In this document: positions 28,331-40,934 of the stretch, piece by piece
How positions within the stretch are numbered: the first letter of the stretch is position 1
How the letters are laid out: each line of letters begins with the position of its first letter
Source of the DNA: Octopus bimaculoides
Taxonomy: Eukaryota
Direction: 5' to 3'
DNA length: 64,000 bases
Assembly: GCF_001194135.2 (NCBI RefSeq)
Contig: NC_068996.1
Coordinates: 34,486,512-34,550,511 of the forward strand
Program-made: the position numbers and the translations under genes
The notes under the pieces: model-generated
Seen by the model: the letters and a program-made list of their open reading frames with translations, nothing else
The model's database searches: none
Told to the model about the DNA's origin: nothing

Positions 28331-29053
28331 ACCCTCAACCTGTTATGACTCCAATCAGAAGAAACCAGACTAGTGCTGGTGCTACTACTGTTCAGTAGTT
28401 GATGTTAAGAAGGGACTCTTCCTGTTCTAAGTAAGTAAAAAGTGAAATGTACAAATAAGATGTGACCCTCTGATCTGCTTAGTAGGGTACTAACTCTGAA
28501 TAAGAACTGGCTTGCATTATGACAACTTCTCCAACCCATTCCAGCATGAAAAATGGACATAAAATAATGATTGTTGAGTAAAACAGAAATAAAGGTGATG
28601 AAAGCTACTGGTTAATGAGAGGTTATTACTGAGACATTGAAGACCTCAGGTTTTGGTTGGTATTGTTCTAGGTGTTGGCTTAATTTATATAGATTTTTTT
28701 GGTAGGTACCAGTTGCCAATGACTGACATAAAAAGAGGAATGTAAGAGTGTTTGGTAAGAACAAGGGGCCAGATAAAAGCACCACAGTTTTGACAGTGGT
28801 GGCTGGAATGGAACACCACCTACTATGGTCAAATTATGTTGCAGTTGGCAGGCGGTTGCATCTAGTAATAGGGAGTGCACAGAATCGAGTTAGTACCAAT
28901 GAAGGATATATCATCATCATTACCATCATCATCACTGCTGCTGCTGCCACCATTGTTACCACTACCATCATCATTTTCATTGTCATCATTACCATCATTA
29001 ATATATTCATTGATTTATTTTTAACACTTTGTTTTCAAATCATTATTTTTTAG

Positions 29054-29171
29054 GATGTTTTTGTTCGTGAAGGTCTAAGCCGGTTATGGAATGACTTGGT
29101 TTGTAATGGAGAGTTGATTAGTGGTGCAGCTAAAGATGTCATCAACGCAGCTGGCGTCTTAGCTAAAAAAG
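29054..29171 (+). CDS. HERC2: HERC2 exon ([21 protein letters not shown]...AKK), phase 0 to 1
   Basis: tttttag acceptor, g|gtatgt donor; resembles human LAFTRDGLCGLWNEMVKDGE. Confidence 0.88.
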
Positions 29172-32100
29172 GTATGTCTCTGATTTTTGAATGTTTACCA
29201 TTAATGTTTGATTTTTGTTTGTTTACTATCCAAGAGAAGGTATTTTTTCATTTGGACAATAAGAATATTTTTCTCTGTTCTTTAAGTTGACTCAACTTTG
29301 TCCTACCAAAGTTAAAAATTCCATATTCAAACACTTCACTTCTGAATTTGTTAGTTTAACCATTCTGCTAGTTTTGTGTGTAAATCAGAATCTTTTGTTG
29401 TTGTTTTTAAAGTGTTTCTTGTTACCACAGGTGAATCTGGTTTGTATTTCTGTGGAAGTGCTACATCTGGTTGTACTGAAGATACATGTCAACCAGATTA
29501 TGGATGTAATTGTGCACCTTGTCAATATCTTGACCACGCTGACCAGGAAGAGAAGGAAAAAGAATTCAAAAGAACCAAAATTGCGACTTCTATGATTGAT
29601 TCTTGGACTTGGGATTCACAACCAGGTTGGTATTTTCTGTACTTCTTTATAGACGATCACTGATATTTATGTTGAATTCTTTTGTCTATAGAAGGGGTAT
29701 ACCCAAAGTTTTCTTTGTCTTTGCTTGATATTCTAGTCAGAGGAGAAAGGAGGAATCATATTGAAGAATAGCAACCATTGTCAAATGAGTGAAGGTGGGG
29801 TTGATGTTTGAATTGAACTTCTCTCAATTGATTTCTGCTGCAGGTAGAACATAGTTCATGTTGAAATATTGAACTTATGTAAGAATATAAAACATATTTA
29901 CCAAAGAGTTCTAGAGTGATGCTGTCTTGAAAAGATTGAGAGAATATAGTGTAAAGTAAGGGATATTAGTAGTGGGAGAAGGATGATGAAAAAATAACAA
30001 ACAATACAAAACAACTGATTAGCAACAATATATAAACCAATATTACATTTTTTACCCTACAGCTATGCTGTGTCTTCCCACTCTGAACTAGCTGCTTACA
30101 TCTTCATGCTGGCTCATACTACCTGTGCACCATACCATCTCTACACTGGCCCATACCAACTCTACATTGGCACCTACCATCCCCATGCACCAGTCTATAC
30201 CAACTCTGCACTGGCCCATACCATCTCTGTGCACCAGTGCATACCATCTCCACACATCAGTCCATACCATCTCCATACTGGCCCATATTATCTCTGCACA
30301 CCAGCCCATACCATCTCTGCACATCATCCTGTACCATCTATGTACATCAATCCATACTATCTCCATGCACTGGCCCCTTCAACACATCTGTCTCAGTTTC
30401 TTATATCCTCCAACTCCACCCCATCCTATGCCTCGTCCCATACCAGAGGATTATCATCATTCTGGTCTTCACTCCATGATCATATTTTACCTGCATGCAC
30501 CAACTATATCAATGTCATTTGTGTCAGATGATCAATGAAGGTCAGTCCTGTCTATTGCCGCTTCTTCCTGTCTTAAAACGCTTTAGCACTTAAACCGGTA
30601 TATCCAGCCCAAATATTTATGTTTTATGTTCAAATTTGCCAGACATGGCCTTTCACACCTGTCACTACAATGTCACACTAAAACATAAACAATCACATCA
30701 AAATATCAATGCATAGTTAATTTTAAACAATATGAATAGATAAACATCACATTTGACAGAGTAATCTAAATGCTAAAACATTAAACCATAAATTTGAAAA
30801 AAGCAAATAAAAAAAAAGAACAAATTTCGTACTTTTTATATGGAGAAAGTGTCAGAATTGAGGATGCAGAGGCCTTTGGTTTAGCTATCAAAGAAGTGAA
30901 TCAAGTGAACTATTTGATAATGTTAGAAACTACATATTTTCTAATAAAAAGAAAAATTGCTGTCCAATCTGTGGGGTGGTTGGTGCTGGGAAGGGCATCC
31001 AGCCATAAAAACCTTGCCAAAACAGACACTAAAGCCCAGTGCAATCTTCTGCTAAGCCAGTTCCTGTCAAACCATCTAACCCATGCTAACATGGAAAGTG
31101 GATGTTAAATGGTGAGATTTGAAGTTAGATGTCACTACTGTTCATATCATCCGTGGATAAATTCAAAATTTGATGATATCACCAGTAGTGGCATGGGTGA
31201 AATGCAGTTATAATAGCTTTAAATAGCTATGAATTATAAATTTGCACGAAGCGTAATGATGCTTAATGAGCATCTACCTGCTAGAAATAAGAGCTAAGTC
31301 TTAAATTAATCCACCGTAGCGCACCAATATAACAGAGAAAAACAGTATGCGAGGGAAACAGAAAGAATTAAAACATTTAACAGCACAAATGAAAATGTTA
31401 TGCAATTAGGCATATCCACAAACCAGGTTTCGGCTTTTGGGTATCTAACTCTGAGCCTCATCAGTGTGGACTACCAGTTTAAATCCGTGACTGTTCATGT
31501 TAGTCTCTGAGTGTGCAACTGGTTTTGTTTTGCGCCAAAAACAGAGCACATGGTGCATAAAAATTTATAAATGAAACATTCAAACACTGAGATTTGAAGT
31601 TAGATGTCACTACTGTTCGTATCATCTGTGGATAAATTCAAAATTTGATGATATCACCAGTAGTGGCATGGGTGGAACGCACTCATATTGCCTTGATCCC
31701 GAAGTCGCTAACTACTAATCTGTGTTGGGGGGTACATACTTCGCCAGGGAAGGTTTTGGCATTTATAAGCCGCCCTCTTTCCCTATTTCTGGCGAGGATG
31801 TAGTCAATTTGGCCAAAGTGTCTGCCGGATCGGTAGGTGACTAGGTGACAGGNNNNNNNNNNGCCAAAGTGTCTGCCGGATCGGTAGGTGACTAGGTGAC
31901 AGGCAGGTTTCCTGAAGTTGGTATTGCAAACCACAAGATCGTTTGCATCACAGAACTCCAGCAGTCTGGTTCCTTCTTCATTGTGGGAACTGAAGCCATA
32001 GCCTCCATGTACGCCATGGAAGCTTCTAACATGACCATTGAAGTCACCAGCCACAAAGAGTAGGTCCCTGTCATTCGTCTACAAGGTAGTTTGCAAGAGG

Positions 32101-35100
32101 GTGTCATAGAATTGGTCTTTCAGCCCATCCGGTAGCCCCGGTTGAGGAGCATAGGCTGAGATGACAGTAGCTAGCCTATGATGAAGCACTAGTCTAATCT
32201 TAAGTACTCTGTCACATACTCTAACTACATCGATTACCTTATCAACCCATTTCTCTGCTAGAAGTATTCCTACGCCCCCAACCCCGTTAGTGTTCCCTGC
32301 CCAGAAAATCTTGTACCTGTGTTCTTTGCCTGTGCGGAACCTCGCAGAAGCTCCTCTCCATCTTACTTCTTGGATGCAGCACAGATCTACGCGTCGCTGT
32401 TCAAGCATCTCAGTAATCTCACCAGACCTACCTTTCAGCGTGCCGAAGTTGAGAGTGCCAATCCTGACGGTGTGGGTGTTGGAGGTGTGGGCCCGTGGCC
32501 TGGGACGGGGAAAGCAGTGTAGTGTACTTGAAAAGAAAGCTTGCATTTGGCAGAATTCATAACAAAACAATACCTACAACCTGCATACATTACACAATCT
32601 TTATGCGCTACCCAAAGGTAGGGGAGGGGATGGTGTGAGGCCTCTAGGAGTGTTCCGGGAGACAACCGAGGATGACAGAAGATATGAACTTCCGGTACAG
32701 GTGGAGGGGGTGTACCACCAGCCAAGAGAACTTCGTTGTAATTCCGTCAGCAGATAGATTGGGAGACAATTAGGAGAGACTGCTCATATATAGCTAGGGT
32801 CCTGTAGGAATCGAGAATAGAGAGGAGGAGAGAGAAAGAGTGATTCGGAGAGAGGCAGGGCGAGAGATAGGCACAGAGAGAAGGGGCCAGGCAACCCGCA
32901 CATCATGCGGGAATAATTCTTTGGGCTTTTTTTAGAACAAAATTGAAGACAGCAGTGCTTNNNNNNNNNNNNNNNNNNNNNNNNNNNNNNNNNNNNNNNN
33001 NNNNNNNNNNNNNNNNNNNNNNNNNNNNNNNNNNNNNNNNNNNNNNNNNNNNNNNNNNNNTATATATATATATATATATCTGGATGGATTCTTAGAACTT
33101 TTGAAACAAGAGATCAGGAAACCATGATAGTCCTCTGGAGGACACTTGTCTTAAGCCACTTTGACTATTGCTCTCAGCTATGGTCACCACCCAGTGTCAA
33201 ATTAATCTCAGAATTTGAAGCAATCCAACGAAGCTACACGAAGAAGATAGCCTCTATGCAGCATATAAGCTGCTGGGAAAGACTCAATAGATTAAGACTC
33301 TATTCCTTAGAGCATTGGAAGATCCTAGAAAGACTTGTCCCAAACTTTGGCATCGAGAGTTACACAAATACTTTGAACTGGGTGCCACTGCATAGTGCCA
33401 AGGACTCCAAATTTGCCATCAAGTTGTAGGACAAGATACTGCAATAGCCTGGGCTTCAGAGGTCCACAGCTCTTCAATATCCTCCCAGAGGACCTGAGAT
33501 ACCTGGATGTAGGTGTCTTCAAAATAAAGCTGGACCTCTTACTGTTAAGTGTCCTGGATGAACCAACTTCATGGCAGGAGGTGCAGATGGGGGAAGCAGC
33601 ATCAAATTTCCTCATGCACCAAATGTCAATTCTTAAAAAGCATTTATAAAATTATGTAGCAACAACTGTACTCAACAACTGTACTAAAATTATATAGCAA
33701 CAACTGTACTCAAAAAATGTACTCAATCCATTTGAAATGTTCATCATAATTATTTTGAAATCTATTTTTCAGTGTTGCCATTCATCATCAAGCCTGTATA
33801 ATCTTACCTGTAAGGATCAAAATCCTGTAGATCTAACCTCACCCTTACTTCAGAAATCTTTAGTCATCACCATCATCTATCATTTTCAAACCGACTAGTT
33901 TACTGATCATAAATAAGTACCATTTATAGCATGTCAGCAATATTTTCATAAATTTCATATTTGTTTTTTTTTTTGTAATCAATATTTCAATTCATGTTGC
34001 TCCAGTTGACTCAGCTGTAGAGATGAGCTGTGTCACTAGTGCCAAGCTGTATCAGCCTTTGCTATTCCGTTGGATAACATTGGTGGTGTGGAGAAGGGAG
34101 GCTAGTATGCATGGACAACTGCTGGTCTTCCATAAACAACCTTGCCCAGACTTGTGCCTCAGAGGCGGGACTTTCTCGGTGCAATCCCATGGTCATTCAT
34201 GACTGAAGGGTGTTTTTACCCTTTACCCTAATCAATACTACATAAAGAGTGACTATCTCTTTAAAAATGTATGGCTAAGTTTATTCATTGAAAAGTACTA
34301 TCAGTATCTACTGCTAATCAGGTAATTCTTATTTTAATTACAATTCTTATTTATCTCTTGTTTAATGACAATTATTATTTTTTTTTTCTACAGATATAAA
34401 CCAATTAAAAGACTGCTTAGAAGCTCTGCTTTATGAACACCACCAATTTTCAGTGGGAGCAACATCAACAACCCTGTCTAGTGTTAAATTGTTACAGAGA
34501 CTTGTAATACTCGAAAGATATCTAATTGCACTTTCCAGACATTCACAAAATGAAGGGAAAGCACCTCTAAGAAAGAAGCAAGCAGACCAAACAAATCTAA
34601 ATAAACAGAAAGGGTAGGCTGGAAAACTAGTTTCATTTTTTAATTTAAAACTTCGTTCTTACATTTTTATCTCCAAGTGTCCTTATATAAGTATCTACTA
34701 CCATAACTGTGGGTTAGCTATTACTTGGTGAGTGCAACTCGATTGATGAAAACTGCAGAAACTTGTCAGCATATGGCATGGGCGTAGCTGTGTGGTAAGA
34801 AGCTTGCATGGTACTTTGAGCAAGTGTCTTCAACTAAAGCCTCAGGCCTTGTGAGTAGATTTAGTTGATGGAAACTGAAAAAAGCCCATCATGTGTGCAT
34901 GTGTGTTTGTTCCCCACCACCGCTTGATAACTGGTGTTGATGTGTTTACATCCCTGTAACTTAGTGGTTCAGCAAAAGAGACTGATAGAACAGATGCCAG
35001 GTTTTAAAAAAATAAGTATTGTAGTCAATTCATTTGACTAAAAATTCATCAAGGTTGTGCCCCAGCTTGAACACTGTCTAATGAAATTGGAGGTGAGATA

Positions 35101-38100
35101 CATTGAATGCACTCCAAAAAATTATTTCACACCAAAGTATGAATGGGTCCTTTATGAAATACTAGCAGTATAACCCGACCTTGTCCGGGTGAGACTTATT
35201 ATGCCATCTACGATAAGTCTTGCTAGCTGAAAATCAACTAAAAAAGAAAGCCTTACAACGAAAAAATCCTTATGATGTAAATATGTTCATAATTCAAAAG
35301 ACGATGAAATTAATAGGGAAAGTCTGAAGGCTGTTTTGCATAAAATTATTAAGCATAACTTGGGTTCTTTATTGCAAATAACTGTCACGTGGTAGCAGGA
35401 TGTGCTAGAAATATCAACCAAATCTTTCCTTTTCTGGGGAAAGGAGCCGTTTGTGTGATTTTGGTGTCACATTTGTTNNNNNNNNNNNNNNNNNNNNNNN
35501 NNNNNNNNNNNNNNNNNNNNNNNNNNNNNNNNNNNNNNNNNNNNNNNNNNNNNNNNNNNNNNNNNNNNNNNNNNNNNNNNNNNNNNNNNNNNNNNNNNNN
35601 NNNNNNNNNNNNNNNNNNNNNNNNNNNNNNNNNNNNNNNNNNNNNNNNNNNNNNNNNNNNNNNNNNNNNNNNNNNNNNNNNNNNNNNNNNNNNNNNNNNN
35701 NNNNNNNNNNNTGGAGGTCAGATATGCTGAATGCACTTGAAAAAACCTGTGGAAAAAAATTATTTTACACCGAGGTATGAATGGGTCCTTTATGAAATAT
35801 TTACCCTTGAAAATAATTTTTTTAAAAATTTAAATATTGTCTGTTTATAGAAAGCTAAAATATGAATACTTACTATATAAACAATTTGTATTTTTGAATC
35901 ACATTCACTTAAAAATATTTCTAAATTATTAAAATATTGTGTTTATCAAAAGCAACTCGTATTTTTTCCTTGGCAAGACTTTTGCCCTGCATGTGAATTT
36001 TAAAAATACAGAAGACATTGATCATGTCTCTAATCGAAAGGTTGGAGTTTCTTCCCTTTCAAGGTTATGTTGTTTTCGGAGTATTTTTCCATTATGCACT
36101 GATTTGGGTATTTGTGAATACCGCAAGGAATCCCTGATTCAATTTACGTGAAACTTGTTTTATTCCATTTGTATTCACATTTCAAGGGTACCTTAATTCA
36201 TAGTATTTTCTGATTATGTGCCAGTGTGGGTGTATTAAATGACAAACAAGCAAGCAAGCAAGCAATCAGAGAGTTTTAGTAGTATATCAATATATGTTTC
36301 CCAATGTCCTGATTCTGGGTTCAATCCCACTGTGAGGCACTTTGGGCAAATGTCTTCTACTATAATGTCGGGCCAATCAAAGCTTTGTGAGTGGATCTAT
36401 TAGGCAGAAATTGAAAGAAACTTGTCATGTATATCTATGTGTGTTTGTGTTTGTCCTTCACTACTTCTTGACAACTGCTGTTGGTTTGTTTACGCTCCTG
36501 TAATATAGTGGCTTGGCAAAAGACACCAATAGAGCAAGTAGCAAGCTTAAAAAAGAAGCACTGGTGGAGGACAATTCATTCAACTAAAGCTCTTCAAGGT
36601 GGTGCCTCAGCATGGCTGCAGTCCAGTGACTGAAACAAGCAAAAGACAGGCACCTCCTGTAACTCAAATATTATAAACTCCAAACAATTTAATTGAAACA
36701 CATCATCACATATGTATGTACTCTCTTTTTCATGTCTCTTGAAAAATGTGGGATTTATATTAAAGTCTGAATTATTCATTGATGTAGCTTGTGTTTTGCA
36801 TTTATGTGAGATACACCACTCTCTCTCTCTCTCTCTCTCTCTCTCATACACACACATGTACATCACTATTATCATTTAACATCTTCTCTCCATGCTGTTA
36901 TGGATTGGTGTATTCAACAAGATCTGTTGAGTTGGAGGATATGTCATGATGTGTGTGTGTGTGTGTTATACATGGTTGGCCAAAAGTCACCTGACAGTAA
37001 ACCAAAACCATTCAATTCCAAGATTTATTCATGTCTAACAACTGAATGAATTTAATAAAAGCAACTAAATATGAAACATCATGAAAATTGTTCAAACTGA
37101 AGTCCATTTTGAGCAACACATTTTTCAATTCAAGTCAATACAGAATTACAGATAGTATTTATGGAATTTTGATTTACTGCTGGATGACTTTTGGCCAACT
37201 CTGTATAGTCCCTAGGTACTACCCTGACACCTTGTTACCACTGTCTTTATCTGTCTTTTCAGCCCCCCCCCCCAATTGCTCTCATTCACTTGCACCAGCA
37301 TGAAACATGGACATTAAAAGATGATGATATATATATATATTTAATGCTTTTGTTTTTACTCTTTTTCTACAGATCTGCTAAACCAACAGAAAAAGCAACA
37401 CATGGACTCGCACGTGTGGGATCAAGAGCTGCCCTTAGTTTTGCTTTTGCATTCTTGTATCGAGCATGGCGTAGTGGTGAAGATTCTGATCTTTGTAGTG
37501 AATTGCTACAAGAATCTCTAGATGCACTTAGATCACTACCTGAAGCCACTCTTTTTGACGAGAGTTCTGTTTCTCCAGTTTGGCTTGAAGTTGTTGAAAG
37601 AGCATCTAAATTTTTACATTCCGTTGTGGCAGGGTAAGTCTGAGAGTCCATTTTTCTTCATCATTGAATTAAATATTAAGTTCTCTGAGTGAACAAGGAA
37701 GATTATTTTGCAGTCATTCAACCTGCTGAAAATATCAGTCAAATCTCATTCATCATTGAGACACATTGGATAATGTAGGCCTTGACTGAGAAAATAAAAA
37801 GGGCTGGTCAAAACTGGAACATCTTTGATTATAGGTCTGTTTGGGTCTGGGCTAATCTGGTATTAAACAACAAGAACAACAATTACTATAGCTTTTAACA
37901 CTAACTACTATATTGTACATTAGTCAACATAATCCTAGATACATTTTGTCTGAATAAAAGATGGGATGGTCACAGCTGGAACATCTTTGATTATAGGCTT
38001 GATGGATGAAGAATGACCTGGGTTAAACAACTATAGTCATTAATACTAACTACTATATTATACATTAGATAATGTCATCCTAGATACACTACGTCTGAAT

Positions 38101-40700
38101 AAAAGTTGAGATGGTCACAGATAGAATATCTTCAATCATAGGTCTACTGGATCAGGACTGACCTGGTGCTAAACAATAATATAATGATTTCTTAGAGGAA
38201 TAATTAGATATAAAAACCGTCATACTGTGTACAGTCTTAGTCAGGGTGTTAAAGGAAAGATGTTAAAATCAGGAACTGAAGTCTATGAGGGACTGCCAGA
38301 AGTTTATGTTCTCTGGTGGTCAACCCATTGAATTAATGCCAAAAAAAAAAATGGAGTCAAAAGGGAGTACAGTTCATTGAATTGACACTAGTAGTATTCT
38401 AGCATGAGCACAAGTGGTGAGTTGGCAGAGTTGTGTCTGTCCTCTGAGTTCAAAATTCAACTGGGGTCAGCTGTTTACTGTAGCGAAACCTAGAATCAAA
38501 CCTCACATTTTTCAGTTGCCAGTTCCATACCACATGAAAATCATGCTTATGTCGTGTGGTCTTTCTGTTTATCAACCAATCAGCTTGAGGCCATATCGTG
38601 TCGTCATGTACATCATCTGCAATGTCCTTGGATTTCCTACATTTTTCTTAGTATAAAGTGAAAATCCACAAAGAACAATTGCAGAGGTTGAGAGAATGCT
38701 GCCAGAGAACACAAATCCCTACCTCTCGCCACAAGGTAGTCAGGGCTTGGCCCAGTGTAGCAGAAACATTGTTGTTTTATTTTGCTGAATTATAATCTCA
38801 GACCAAAGTTTCCCTACTTTTGAGCTTTACTAACTGTTACACTGTAGCTTGAATCTAATCTCCTATGTCTCTACAAGCTGGTAGTAGTAGTTTATATGAA
38901 TATGTACAATAAGTCTTACAATGTAAATATACAATTATGTTTGCATCTGTTCATTATGGGACAGCACACAGCTGAAACAGCAACACATAACAACATAACA
39001 TTGAACCGGTGACATTGATAACATACGATGTTAGTACAACATTACAAATGAGTAAAACGTTGTGTAAGTTGACATATTCAGTGTAATAGTGGACAGTGGG
39101 GTTTATTATTGCTCATTAACCTGAAACTGAAGTTCACAGATATATCTATATATTTATATTTCAAGTTTATAAAAATTCTTTTTTTTTCTTTTCTTTAAAT
39201 CCAGTGAATTGACTGGAGGTGGTGGCATGACTTCAACAGCTTCATCGTCTGTGACATCTTCTCGTTACACAAACCATGTCCCACTTCCAGATCAACAGCG
39301 AGCTCTTGCTCTTCTACTTGAATTAGCAGTACAGAGAGGCTCTTTGAGTCATATTCTTGGAGGTGTGCTTCTGTTGTTGAATCTTTGGGAAAACAGCTGG
39401 CATGAAAGAGACAACAGAGTTAATAGTAATTTGACTTCTGCTCCATTGGTGCCACTACTAAAGCGATTCTTTGGAATACAGTCAAACAAAGCAAAGAACT
39501 ATGAAATGACAAAATGGGACGAAGTAAGCTACAAACTTGCGAAATCTTTTTTTTTTTATTTTAGATTAAAAAAAAAATTTTTTTCTGTTAGTTGAAACAA
39601 AAATTAGTGAATTATATTAATTTATTTTTCTAGATGACTATATTTCTTTTTCATTTTACCATTACAAGAATTATGGGGTTAATGAGTTTATAAGGTGTAT
39701 TCTAAGGCCGATTTGATTCACAGGGAAAAATAAACATGACTTCACAGTAAAGTTGAGTTTATGAACTTTTGAAATGATTAATTGAAACTAATAACAATTT
39801 ATTTAGATATGTAGATTTACAGAATTGTCCAACACATTCTTGGCATATTAATAACTAATGTTTGTGTGTGTTTGTGTATACATGCATTTTCATGCTTGTG
39901 TTCTTATGTATGTTTTTTTTTTCATGTATGTGTGTGTATGTATATGTATTTAGAAATGTGTTTTCTTTTATAGCAAGCTGATGTGTACTTTGTGAGTCCA
40001 ACTGAATGCTTTCTGAGATACATCACAGATCTTGGAGATGAAAATGCCCCTGTTGACTTGCAGCAATGTGCAGTTGTGATTATGTCCCACCTAGATCGAT
40101 TGACAGCACCTTACTTACCCCCAGCTTCCTCAAATAAGGTGATTATGTCTTCATGCAATTACCTTCAGAAAGAAAAGAAAAAATCATTAAGAAAAAAAAT
40201 TTCTCATTGTAGCATTATCCAACCATCTCATTCTTGGTCTGCCTCCTCAGTCTTCTGCCACTTGGCTTGGCTTGAAGAATTTTGCTTGTGATTCTTTCCT
40301 GCAATATTCTAATCACATGTCTGTAGTATTATTCCAGTGATAAAAAACATTTTTAATAATTTCATTTTTTAAAACTTTTTTAAATGAAAAAAAGTATTTT
40401 CAACTTTTTTTTTTAAAGTAATTTTTTTTTCTAAGTTTAAAATTTTCCTCAAATGTTTATAGCATAATAATTTATATTTCCATTTTTTTGAACAGAACAT
40501 AGAATTTGAAGACATTTTGGGCTGGGCACCAACAATACCACAGATAAACAGTCAGTTACATTCTAATAACGACGGAGATTGCATTAAGCAGATACAATGT
40601 TCATCAAGAATGTTTTTAGCTTTAACAAAGTCTGGCAAAGTTTATAGCTTCAGTTATTCATCTGAAATACAGGTAGGTTGTTTCCTTCTGTTTGATTTTA

Positions 40701-40733
<33 letters not shown>

Positions 40734-40864
40734 TCTTGATCTATCCTTCTTTCCTCCAATCCTCCCTCCTTCACTCACTCACCCTGCACACTTGCCTACA
40801 CATCAATCTTTTCTGTTCCTCTGTCCTATTCTGTCACTCATATTTAACCTGTACTTTGACCTCA

Positions 40865-40934
<70 letters not shown>

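Noticed and set aside
30070-30538. His/Pro-rich 137-153 aa ORFs
   Set aside because: Products of the degenerate minisatellite
31812-31905. Tandem duplication of about 41 bp in the RTE ([12 protein letters not shown] twice)
   Set aside because: The two copies flank a 10-N gap, so this is an unmerged contig overlap rather than a real duplication
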